Source: an uncultured Chloroflexia bacterium
GTDB lineage: Bacteria > Chloroflexota > Anaerolineae > B4-G1 > SLSP01
Assembly (NCBI GenBank): GCA_963751345.1
Contig: CAVVUS010000018.1
Location: 1-64,000 of the forward strand
DNA: 64,000 bases
Direction of reading: 5' to 3'
The translations under genes and the position numbers were made by a program. Below, in pieces: positions 9,014 to 19,095 of this stretch (position 1 is its first letter; every line of letters begins with the position of its first letter). The notes beneath the pieces are model-generated. The model was given only the letters and a program-made list of their open reading frames with translations, ran no database searches and had not been told where the DNA came from.

Positions 9014-12000
9014 ATGTTAGGTGGTTTCTTTAAGAAGATCTTCAGTGACCCCGACGCGCGTACGATTGCCCGACTTCAGAAGACAGCCCAGGCGATCGAT
9101 GCGCTCGAAGATGAATTCCAGAGCCTCTCCGGTGAGGCTTTGCGTGGGAAGACGGAGGAGTTTCGTTCTCGTCTAGCGGCGGGCGAGACCCTCGACGATC
9201 TGCTCCCCGAGGCGTTTGCTGCCGTTCGGGAGGCATCCCGGCGCACCATCGGGCTCAGGCACTATGACGTACAGCTCATCGGCGGGATGATTCTGCACCA
9301 GGGCAAGGTGGCAGAGATGCGCACCGGTGAAGGCAAGACTCTGGTTGCGACGTTGCCGATGTATCTGAATGCACTCGCGGGAAACGGCGTGCACCTCGTC
9401 ACGCCAAACGACTACCTGGCCAAATATGGTGTGCAGTGGATGGGGCCCGTCTACGAGGCCCTGGGCGTCAAGGTCAGTGTCATCCAATCCGGGGCGGGGC
9501 GCCCCGACGAGGCTTCGTTCCTCTACGATCCTACCTATACCTCAGACGATGACCGCTACCAATATCTGCGCCCGATCACGCGCCGCGAGGCGTACTATGC
9601 GGATATCACCTATGGCACGAACAACGAGTTCGGGTTCGACTACCTGCGTGACAATATGGTGGTCGACCTGGAGCAGCGTTCGCAGCGTGAGATGTACTAT
9701 GCCATCGTGGATGAGGTGGACAGCATCCTGATCGACGAAGCGCGGACCCCGTTGATCATTTCGGGGCCGGCGGAAGAATCCTCGGATCTCTACCAGCGTT
9801 TCGCTCAACTTGTTCCCCGGCTGCAGCCCGAGACCGACTACGAGGTGGATGCGCGCCAGCAGATCGTGATCCTCACCGAGGATGGTGTGGCCAAAGTCGA
9901 GTCGATGGTCCACATCCCCGAGGGTGAGAGCATCTACGATCCCGAGCACGCCGAGATGCTGCCCTATCTCGATAATGCACTACGCGCCAAGGAGTTTTTC
10001 CAGCTCGACAAGGAATACGTCGTCCGCGATGGTGAGATCATCATCGTCGATGAGTTTACCGGTCGCTTGATGTTTGGTCGCCGCTATTCGGAGGGACTCC
10101 ACCAGGCCATCGAGGCCAAACAGGGCGTCACCGTTCGTCGCGAATCGTTGACCTACGCGACGATCACGTTCCAGAACTTCTTCCGAATGTACGACAAGCT
10201 TTCGGGTATGACGGGAACGGCAGCGACTGAGGCGGAGGAGCTGCACAAGATCTATGACCTCGACGTGGTGGTATTGCCCACAAACGTCGAGTACCGGGCC
10301 AGGTTCGGAAACCTCGAGGAGCATGACGTCTTGCCTCCTGAGGCCGGGGTGACGTTCGGTGGGGTGCTGGATGAGGACGACCATTACAAGGTCACCGTCT
10401 ACGACAGCCCCGAGGACGAGCGTTACTATCAGCGTCTGGACATGCCCGATCTGATCTTCAAGACCGAGCAGGCGAAATTCGCGGCAGTGATCGATGAGAT
10501 TCAACACGCCCACGAGGCGGGCCGCCCGGTGCTGGTGGGTACCACAGCCATCGAGACCTCAGAGCGACTGTCAAAGCAGTTGCAGCGTCGCCATGTACCG
10601 CACAGCGTGCTGAACGCCAAGTATCACGAGCGCGAGGCTCTGATTATCGCCCAGGCAGGCCAGCCGGGATCGGTCACGATCGCGACGAACATGGCCGGCC
10701 GTGGTGTCGACATTCTGCTTGGCGGTAACGCCGAGAGCATGGCCCGCGACCAACTGCGCAAGGAAGGCGTCGATCTCACGGAGATTCACTCCGAGGATTG
10801 GGATGGCGCGCTCAAGATGGCGCGCAGCGGCGAGGATCCGGCAACACGCTTCGAAGGGCGATGGGCAGAGGTTCTCTCTGAGAAGTTGGCCCAATGCCGC
10901 ACAGACCGCGAGCGCGTGTACGCGGAGGGCGGCTTGCACGTTATCGGCACAGAACGGCACGAGGCGCGCCGGATCGACAATCAGCTTCGTGGTCGTGCGG
11001 GACGTCAGGGCGATCCGGGTTCCAGCCGGTTCTTCATCTCGCTCGAAGATGAGTTGATGCGACGATTTGGCGGCGAGCGATTGCAGCCTTGGATGGATCG
11101 TGCGGGTCTCGAAGAGGAGGCCCTGGAGTCCAACCTTCTGGCACGGGTCATCGAGTCAGTTCAGGAGCGTGTCGAGGGATACAACTTCGATATCCGGAAG
11201 CACGTCCTGGAATACGACGATGTCGTCAACAAGCAGCGCGGAGTTGTGTATGCCGAGCGGCGGAAGGTTTTGAGCCGCGCCGACCTTCACGATGACTTGA
11301 TGCAGATGCTGGAGACCGAGGTTCGTTCGGTGCTCAGCGGGCGCTCCGTTGAGGGCGAGGTCCAGGACGCCGAGGCGATACTGGCCGAGCTTCGCCGGTT
11401 CCTTCCCGTCCCCAGGAGTTTCGGTCTGGAGGCCCTGGAGACTCCTGATTCCGACGCCGTGGTGCAGCGGATTATGGAGTGGGCAGAGCAGACCTACTGG
11501 AAGATGAATGAGCGATTGGGGGAGGATCTCTACCGGGCCATCCGTCAGGAGGACACCTCAGTGCGAACGCTCTTCGAGGCCCGAGATCCCTTCTATACTG
11601 CGGTGTGCGACCATCTGCGGGCGTCGGTGGGTGCCGAAGCCTTCGAGCCCTGGTACGATCAGCCGATTCGACGGTTGCCGGAGGAATTCGAGACCAACAT
11701 TCGTGAGGCCGTCATCGACACTCAACGGGTCTTCCGCGACCGCCGGCTTATGCTCCGTCAGATCGATGACCACTGGGTGCACCACCTCACATCTCTCGAT
11801 ATGCTCCGGGAAGGCATCGGACTGCGGGCGATCGGCCAGCAGAACCCTCTGGTGTCCTACCAGAAGGAAGCGTTCGAGATGTACCAGGAGATGCTGACGT
11901 CGATACAGTCTCAGGTTGTTCGATCCCTCTTCATGGTCCCTCAGGGTTCCGTAGCTCCCGGACAGCGCAGGGCCGCAGCCGCGGCGCCAAGTCCGGTAGA

Positions 12001-12193
12001 GCCCGACCGGCAGCGACAGCTTTCGTTCCGTGCGAGCGGCGGAAGTTCAACGGGCGAGACAGCACCCGAGCCGCACCATGCGGCCTCCAAGCCGGGACGA
12101 AATGACCCATGCTGGTGTGGCAGCGGTAAGAAGTACAAGGATTGCCACTGGCGAACCGATCGACGGACGGCGTCGGCTTCCTCGGGGGCCTAG
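9014..12193 (+). CDS. secA: Preprotein translocase ATPase SecA
   Basis: MRTGEGKT, DEVDSILIDEARTPLIISG, TNMAGRG, QLRGRAGRQGDPGSS, C-terminal SEC-C GRNDPCWCGSGKKYKDCH. Confidence 0.98.
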   Translation: MLGGFFKKIFSDPDARTIARLQKTAQAIDALEDEFQSLSGEALRGKTEEFRSRLAAGETLDDLLPEAFAAVREASRRTIGLRHYDVQLIGGMILHQGKVAEMRTGEGKTLVATLPMYLNALAGNGVHLVTPNDYLAKYGVQWMGPVYEALGVKVSVIQSGAGRPDEASFLYDPTYTSDDDRYQYLRPITRREAYYADITYGTNNEFGFDYLRDNMVVDLEQRSQREMYYAIVDEVDSILIDEARTPLIISGPAEESSDLYQRFAQLVPRLQPETDYEVDARQQIVILTEDGVAKVESMVHIPEGESIYDPEHAEMLPYLDNALRAKEFFQLDKEYVVRDGEIIIVDEFTGRLMFGRRYSEGLHQAIEAKQGVTVRRESLTYATITFQNFFRMYDKLSGMTGTAATEAEELHKIYDLDVVVLPTNVEYRARFGNLEEHDVLPPEAGVTFGGVLDEDDHYKVTVYDSPEDERYYQRLDMPDLIFKTEQAKFAAVIDEIQHAHEAGRPVLVGTTAIETSERLSKQLQRRHVPHSVLNAKYHEREALIIAQAGQPGSVTIATNMAGRGVDILLGGNAESMARDQLRKEGVDLTEIHSEDWDGALKMARSGEDPATRFEGRWAEVLSEKLAQCRTDRERVYAEGGLHVIGTERHEARRIDNQLRGRAGRQGDPGSSRFFISLEDELMRRFGGERLQPWMDRAGLEEEALESNLLARVIESVQERVEGYNFDIRKHVLEYDDVVNKQRGVVYAERRKVLSRADLHDDLMQMLETEVRSVLSGRSVEGEVQDAEAILAELRRFLPVPRSFGLEALETPDSDAVVQRIMEWAEQTYWKMNERLGEDLYRAIRQEDTSVRTLFEARDPFYTAVCDHLRASVGAEAFEPWYDQPIRRLPEEFETNIREAVIDTQRVFRDRRLMLRQIDDHWVHHLTSLDMLREGIGLRAIGQQNPLVSYQKEAFEMYQEMLTSIQSQVVRSLFMVPQGSVAPGQRRAAAAAPSPVEPDRQRQLSFRASGGSSTGETAPEPHHAASKPGRNDPCWCGSGKKYKDCHWRTDRRTASASSGA

Positions 12194-12216
12194 GGCTCCT
12201 GTACGGTAACTGGACT

Positions 12217-13533
12217 ATGGACAAACCACGCGCCCCCTGGTCGTCCGAAGTGGCTGCGTCCGATGACGGCGCCACCCCCTCGGCGCAGTCAGCGGACCAG
12301 GTCCATTGGGCCTTGATCAATGAGATCAGCGAACTGGCAGTCGGCGAGCTGCCGAGCGAGCGGGTATTCGCCGAAGCCCTTGAGAGGATTCGACATACCT
12401 TCGACCTCGACGTCGTCGCGGTTTATGCGGGAGAGCCTCTGACCCTTCGCATGCAAAATGGCGGGGTTCAGAGCCGACCCGGCGCCCCTGTCCCCGTTGG
12501 CCCGGCGCAGTTGGCTCTCCAAGAGCGAAGGGTGATGACTTCTGGCGACATCCGGGAGGGTGGGGCCTGGTCGCCTCCTCCCTGGGCGTCGCGGGGTGTG
12601 AGGGCCGAGGTCGCCCTGCCGATTTTCTACCGCGGGCGTCGTATCGGCGTCCTGGATCTCTGCAGCCGCGAGGGCGGTGCTCTCAGCGATCCTGATCTGG
12701 ATATCCTTGGGATCGTTACACGGCTCCTGGCCGTCGCCATCGCACAGGAAAGCTGGGGCAGGCCCGAGGCCTCATCTCAGGAGCTCAAACGCGTCTATCG
12801 ACGACTCGAGGAGTTCGCCGAGCTGAAAGGACAGATTCTGCAGAACGTCTCTCACGAGCTCCGCACGCCGCTAACCCTCATCAAGGGATATCTGGAGCTG
12901 TTGATGGACGACCAGATGGGCGAATTGGCGCCCGGCCAGCGTCGGACTCTGGAGACGCTGTGCGATCGGGTGGATGACATTGTCACCATTGTCGATCAGA
13001 CGGTCTCTCTCAGTCCGCTCAGGAGCCTGTCTCTGGACTATGAAAAGGTCGTCGTGGCCGATCTGCTGGCGGAAATGGTGGATCTCTTTGAGCGGCGCAC
13101 GCTGGGTCTGCCCGTTCGCCTGGAGGTCAGTGACATCGATCCAGAGCTCATCCTCTATGCTGACGCCCAGAAGCTCAAGCAACTATGCTATAATCTCATC
13201 GACAATTCGGTGAAGTTTAGCCCAAGTGGAGGATGCATCTCCGTCCAAGCCTTTGCCGAAGAGGATAATGTGCACCTGGTCTTCCGCGACCAGGGCATTG
13301 GGATCCCCGAGCAGCAGCTCTCACAGATTTTCGAGACATTTTACCAAATCGATGGCTCCACTACGCGGCGTTTCGGCGGGTTGGGATTGGGCTTGACGGT
13401 CGTCAATCGCATCGTCGAGGCCCACGGGGGAGACGTTTGGGTCGAGAGTGAGTTGGGCCGGGGCAGTTCATTCCACATACTCCTGCCCAAGGATGTGCCT
13501 GAGCCCCAGAATCCAGGCTCTATTTCGGTCTAG
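12217..13533 (+). CDS. Cytoplasmic GAF-domain sensor histidine kinase
   Basis: GAF (ALPIFYRGRRIGVLDL); H-box SHELRTPL; NLIDNSVKF, DQGIGI, GLGLGL boxes. Confidence 0.9.
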   Translation: MDKPRAPWSSEVAASDDGATPSAQSADQVHWALINEISELAVGELPSERVFAEALERIRHTFDLDVVAVYAGEPLTLRMQNGGVQSRPGAPVPVGPAQLALQERRVMTSGDIREGGAWSPPPWASRGVRAEVALPIFYRGRRIGVLDLCSREGGALSDPDLDILGIVTRLLAVAIAQESWGRPEASSQELKRVYRRLEEFAELKGQILQNVSHELRTPLTLIKGYLELLMDDQMGELAPGQRRTLETLCDRVDDIVTIVDQTVSLSPLRSLSLDYEKVVVADLLAEMVDLFERRTLGLPVRLEVSDIDPELILYADAQKLKQLCYNLIDNSVKFSPSGGCISVQAFAEEDNVHLVFRDQGIGIPEQQLSQIFETFYQIDGSTTRRFGGLGLGLTVVNRIVEAHGGDVWVESELGRGSSFHILLPKDVPEPQNPGSISV

Positions 13534-13553
13534 ACAGAAAGGCGGACGGGAAC

Positions 13554-14651
13554 GTGAAAGCGCCCCCAGAGCATTTGGACAACGCTTGCGATGCACTGTG
13601 GTCCTGGGCACACACGCTCCCCAAGATTGACCTCCATCGCCATCTTGAGGGCTCCTTTCGTCTCGCGACGCTGACCGAGCTGGCTCGCACTCATGGCATA
13701 TCGCTTCCCAGCTACGATGTTGAGGGGCTTGCGTCGCCACGTCCAGATGGTCGATGATCCCCCCGACTTCCAGCGCTTTCTCGACAAATTCCAGGTTCTC
13801 CGCAAGTTCTTTACCTCGAAGGACACAGTTCAGCGTATCACGCGCGAGGCCATCGCCGACGCAGCCGACGATAACGTCATCTACCTCGAGCTGCGTTTCA
13901 ATCCGCTGGCGCTGGCGCGTGCGCGGCAGTTTCAGTTTCTCCGAAGTCGTCAACTGGGTCGTCGAGGCGACGGCAGAGGCGGAGGCGGACACCGGCCTGC
14001 GAACTTGTCTCATCCTGCAGATTCCGCGGAAAGAAGCCCTAAGCGTGACGGACGAGATCGTCGACGTGGCTATTGCGAACTTCGGGACCTGGGTGCGAGG
14101 GGTCGATCTTGCGGGCGACGAGGTGAATTATCCTCCTGAGCGATTTATCGCAGCCCTTTCAGAGGGCCTTTGACGCGGGACTCCACATCACGGTACACGC
14201 CGGCGAGTGGAGCGGGGCGGAGAGTGTGCGTGGCGCGATCCTGTATCTGCACCCGGAGCGCATCGGCCACGGGGTTCGCTGCATCGAGAACTCGCACGTC
14301 GTCCGCATGCTCTACGAGCAGGAGATTGCGCTTGAGGTATGCCCCACCAGCAATCTATACACCGGCGTCGTGACGGCGCTTCCCCAGCATCCCCTGACCG
14401 ACCTGATCAAGCTCCGGCTACGGGCCACGGTGAACACGGATGACCCAAGCATCTTCGATACGACGCTCACGGACGAGGTCTGCGCCGCAGTCGGTCCGAT
14501 GGGGTTGACGCAACCGATGATCTACGGAATGTTGCGGAATGCCGTGGAATCGGCCTTCATTCCTTCGGAGGAGCGACCGGCGCTGCGGGCAAAGTGCTTG
14601 GAGGCGCTGTCGACCTATCCGGGAGGCGTTGAGGCATTCGACCCGTACTAA
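13554..14651 (+). CDS. add: Adenosine deaminase, split by ~3 frameshifts
   Basis: PKIDLHRHLEGS, YLELRFNP, GVDLAGDE, RIGHG, EVCPTSN, NTDDP spread over successive frames; shifts near 13730, 13938, 14160. Confidence 0.88.
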
Positions 14652-15848
14652 GAAGGCCCGACAGGACCGCGCCCATCACCCTGACGCCGACCACCAGCGC
14701 GTCTTCGTCGACGTCATAGTCAGCGGTATGCAGGATGCTGGCGATGCCCTTCTCCGGATTGGCGGTACCCAACCAGACCAGCGCCGTAGGGACCTCTCGG
14801 GCAAAGAGCGCCAGGTCCTCGTGAGCGAAGGGGTAGGGATTGCGGAATCTCAACACGTTGTCTTGACCCAGGGCCTCTTCGATCGCCGGCAGAATCTGTG
14901 ACACCAGTTCGGCGTGATTCTGCAATGGCGGGTTGGAGAAGGTGAAATCCAGGTCATAGGACGCGCCATACCTTGCCACCAATGCGTTCAGCACGCCCCG
15001 GATTCGGCCGCGCACGGCCGGGCGCAGGCCGAAATCCGCCATACTGACCAGCCCGAGAAGATGGTAAATCGGCACGGAACCGGGGGCGTGCTCCCAGCAG
15101 CTCAGGAAGACTGTGCGACTTAGCCCGGCTCCCGTTTCCATTTCCTCGATCATTCTGTCGAACGCGCCGGTGTCCGTCGGGGCGTGGGCGGTGCTTAGGT
15201 CCTCGAGTGCGGTAATCGCATGAGCGACCAAGTCGTCCAGGTTTCCTGCCGGCGCGTAGAATCGGACCTTGAACTCCTCCATCCCTGCCAGACAATTCCC
15301 CAGTGCTACGCCAACCTTGCCCACGGGGAGCGGAAAGGCATGGAGGGCCAACATCGCCTGGGGCTTATAGTGATGGAGTAAGCCCGCCTCAATCATGGCG
15401 CTCGCCCCATCGAGCGATTCCTCGGCCGGCTGAAACACAAAGACGACACGACCCGCGAGGCGATCCCTGGAGTCACGCAGAGATTCGGCAAGGCCCAGGG
15501 CGATGGCCATATGGACATCGTGGCCACAGGCATGCTTCACGCCCAGGACCACCGATGCGTAGGCTGTCTTGATTATGTCCTGGATTGGGAGCGCGTCCAG
15601 TTCTGCCCGGTACGCGATGGTGGGGCCGGGCAGTGCGCCTTCCAGCACACCGACGACCCCATAGCCTCCGACGCCCTCTTCCACCTGTAGGCCAAGATTC
15701 GCAGGTGGGCTGCGACGAACGCTGCGGTCTCTCGTTCATCGCCCGAGAACTCGGGATGGGCGTAGAGCCGCCGTCGCAGTTCCCGAAGGGCCTCCTGCGA
15801 GGGTGCCGGGCTATTGGGTGCCGCGTGATCTCCACTGGGGCTCTCCAC
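14557..15848 (-). CDS. M20 family amidohydrolase, frameshift near 15690
   Basis: LRRRLYAHPEFSGDE; RAELDALP, HACGHDVH, FQPAEE, EDLA, LHTADY. Confidence 0.88.
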
Positions 15849-15974
15849 CGCAGTTCTCCTCTATTGATCGGGACTCGGGCGCGTCAGTCGGATGATCGCC
15901 ATACCCAATGGATTTTAGCGCCGATCCGGGGATGGTCCACGGTTACAGTTGGCTTAACGCTTGGATAACAGATG

Positions 15975-16004
15975 CAGAGCCCCACACGTAAGTGTGGGGC
16001 TCTG
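15975..16004. terminator. Hairpin, probable terminator downstream of the STAS gene
   Basis: CAGAGCCCCACAC-GTAA-GTGTGGGGCTCTG perfect stem. Confidence 0.6.
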
Positions 16005-16032
16005 TGAGGGTGTAAAGTTAGAGGTCTCTTAC

Positions 16033-16398
16033 TTATTCTAGGTGTGCTGCGACCATCGCAGCGTCCAGTGAGCCCACCATTTCAAAGAGGGTATCCATAT
16101 GCATCATCTCATAGAAAATGCGCACGGGATTACCCGGAGGGCAGACAAGAATTACACTGCCACCGTCAGCTTGGGCACACTTGAGCAGGTGAAGCAGGGG
16201 GTAGTCTCCGTCGGCATCGACAATGCGTACGACGGAGAGGTCGATGATGAAGTGGCGTGCTCCTTCGTCCAGTAGACGATCGAACTCCTCCATGAGTAAC
16301 GGTGCACTGAAGACGTCCATTCGTTCTTTCAACGTGACGATGACGCTATCCCCCACTGCTTCAGCGTCTGCAATGCTCTGCATGGTCTGCTCAATCAT
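16033..16398 (-). CDS. STAS-domain anti-sigma factor antagonist-like protein
   Basis: VIVTLKERMDVFSAPLL..FIIDLSVVRIVD..GGSVIL; start uncertain (16383, 16398 or 16464). Confidence 0.75.
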   Translation of the reverse strand: MIEQTMQSIADAEAVGDSVIVTLKERMDVFSAPLLMEEFDRLLDEGARHFIIDLSVVRIVDADGDYPLLHLLKCAQADGGSVILVCPPGNPVRIFYEMMHMDTLFEMVGSLDAAMVAAHLE

Positions 16399-16590
16399 GA
16401 AAGACCACGTCCTTTCATAAGGCCGAAGGGCTGAGTATTCGGCTAGCAGCATATCCCGCTCCATTTCGCCTGTTCCTTGGGTCGGTAGCGACGGTATCCT
16501 TACCACCTTCTTACCTTGATAGTAGCACAGGATCCGCTGATGCCCGTTACCGGAGTGTTGCAGGATGGTTACGGTGGCTGCTACTTTCGT

Positions 16591-16619
16591 TTGACGTGTA
16601 CTTACCTCGTTTCTATAAT
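16591..16619 (+). promoter_or_regulatory. Near-consensus sigma70 promoter of comEC
   Basis: TTGACG-17 bp-TATAAT, 9 nt before ATG 16629. Confidence 0.65.
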
Positions 16620-16628
16620 GACCTGGCA

Positions 16629-18987
16629 ATGACGCCCCTGATGCTATTTGCGTTGGCATGGATGGGTGGGATTCTATTCGCTCGGGCGGCTGACGTTCCC
16701 TCGGTCTGGTTTCTTCTGGCCCTACCCCCTGCGTTGGTGCTGTTGGTCGGCTGGGGCGACCGGCGTGGGATGCGGCGTGCGGCGGCGATGCTTCTGGGCT
16801 TGATGCTGGGTGGCCTGCGCTTCACCGCAGCCCTGCCCCAGATCACGGTCGACCAAGTTGCCTACTACCGCGATCACGGGACGGTGGCCGTCGAAGGGGT
16901 GGTGATCGCAGAGCCCGACCGGCGTGCTTCGGATGCTCGTCTGCGCGTGCGCGTCGATCGGCTCGCAATGGGAGATGGCGTCACCCATACGGTTGAGGGA
17001 CGGTTGCTCGTCTACGTGCCCCTCTATCCCACCATCTCCTATGGCGACCGGATCCGCGCCATCGGCCCGATGGAGACCCCGCCCGTCTTCGACGATTTCT
17101 CGTACAAGGATTACCTTGCTCGCGAGGGAATCTATGCCCTGCTTCGTGATGCCGACGTTACTGTGTTAGCGTCGCATCAGGCCAACCCCGTGATGGACCG
17201 TCTCCTGCGTTTCAAGGAACTCGCGCATCAGCGCCTCCAATCGCTGCTCCCCGAGCCCCAGGGCTCGCTGTTGGCAGGGATCCTGCTGGGCACCGATCAG
17301 GGGATTCCGGATGATCTGAACGCGGCGTTCGAGACCACAGGCACCAGCCATATCGTCGCGATCTCCGGCTTCAACCTTACGATGATTGCCGGATTGGTCA
17401 CGCGGGTGGCGCGCCGCTTCCTACAACGGCGCGGTGGCCTCTTGGTAGCCCTCCTGGCGATATGGATCTACGTAGTGCTGGTGGGTGGCAATGCGTCCGT
17501 GGCCCGCGCGGGGGTGATGTCCTCGCTGCTTGCACTGGGACAACAGGAAGGGCGCAGAAGTCACGGCCCGACGTCGTTGGCAGCCGCTGTGCTCGTCCTC
17601 TCCGCCGCCAACCCGTACGTGCTCTGGGACTCCGGCTTCCAGCTCAGTGCCGCTGCCACACTGGGCATGATGCTTTACGTGCCACCGCTGGCGGGCTGGC
17701 TGACGGCACTGCTCGCGCGGTGGATGGACCAGGAGCGCGCCAAGGGGGTCGTGAGTGGGCTAAGCGACGTCCTGATCGTCACGCTGGCTGTGCAGATAAC
17801 GACGTTGGGCATCACGGTCTGGTCTTTCCGTGCGATTCCTCTGGTGGCGCCGCTGACAAACCTACTCATCCTGCCTGCCCAGCCGTTCATTATGGTCTTC
17901 GGTGGGCTGGCGCTTGCCGCCGGGTTTGTCATATGGCCACTGGGCCGGCTTTTCGCGTGGATCGCCTGGGTCTTCCTCACATACACGATCGAGGTCGTGA
18001 GGCTGACGGCGGAGCTGCCGCTGGCGAGCATCCCTGTACCGGAGATAGATCCGGCGTTCATCTGGGGTTACTATCTGCTGCTTGGGCGCGTTCAGCCTCT
18101 GGCTGGCGACGAGAGGCAGCCATCCCCTGGGCGAGCGCTTGCGGGTCGCTTGGGACTGGGTGCGCGATGTCCTGGGGCATATGAATCCCTATGTCAGGGC
18201 CGGTGCGGGTGCCGTGATCGTGCTGGGCGCGCTCTACCTCGGCATGCAGCCTGACGACAAGCTTCACGTCGTCTTCTTTGACACCGGCGCGGGCGATGCT
18301 GTCTTCATCCGGATACCGGGCGGCAGGCAGGTCCTGATCGACGGCGGCGCCGACTCGCGACGGACGCTGGCCGAGATCGGCCGGCAGATGCCGTTCTGGG
18401 ACCGTAGCCTGGATCTGGTGGTGCTCACCTCGCCGGACGACGACCGTCTGAATGGCCTCATCCCGGTCATTGAACGCTATGACGTAGCCTACGTCGGCTA
18501 TGGCCCCGAGATGCGAGAGGGCACGGCGTATGCGCAGTGGCAGTCCCTATTGGGTCAGCGACCGCCGGGTACGTCAGGTAGTCTGCGGCAGGGGGATGCC
18601 TGGGATCTGGGGAACGGCGTAGAGCTCAGGGCACTGTGGCCTCCACCGGACCGTGAGGGTCCCCTGGTCCTGCAACTGAGCTACGGTGAGGTGAGGGTAC
18701 TCCTGATGGGTGATGCGACGACCGTCGTCGAGGATGCGCTCGTCGATGCCTACGGTCCTGACTTGCAGAGTCAGGTATTGCTGGTACCCCGCCAAGGTGC
18801 CAGGACTTGCTGCTCCGCATCACTGTTGCAGGCCGTTGCCCCTGAGCTGGCGGTCGTGCAAGGAGACCGCCTCGATGACGTCGTCAGGGCCAAGCTGATG
18901 GACATACCCCTCTACCAAACGTCACGCCAGGGAACGGTAGAGGTGATCTCGGACGGTGGCGACACCCAGGTCCGTACGCGGCACTGA
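16629..18987 (+). CDS. comEC: ComEC/Rec2 DNA uptake protein (OB + competence + MBL-like domains), frameshift near 18080
   Basis: FSYKDYLAREGI, GTSHIVAISGFN, SVARAGVM, GFQLS; second frame LHVVFFDTGAGDAVFI..VLIDGG. Confidence 0.9.
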
Positions 18988-19095
18988 TGGATTTGGGGCT
19001 CCAGGCTTTTCCGGAGAGCCTGGGTCCTTGCATCTCCCCCTGAGCTGCGGTTGTGCTATGATGGTTGGGTCGCATCCCAAGGAGGCCCTCACCCG

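Noticed and set aside
13554-14651. Programmed frameshifting or true pseudogene in add and other split genes
   Set aside because: No consistent slippery sites; indels are scattered over many unrelated genes with intact motifs.
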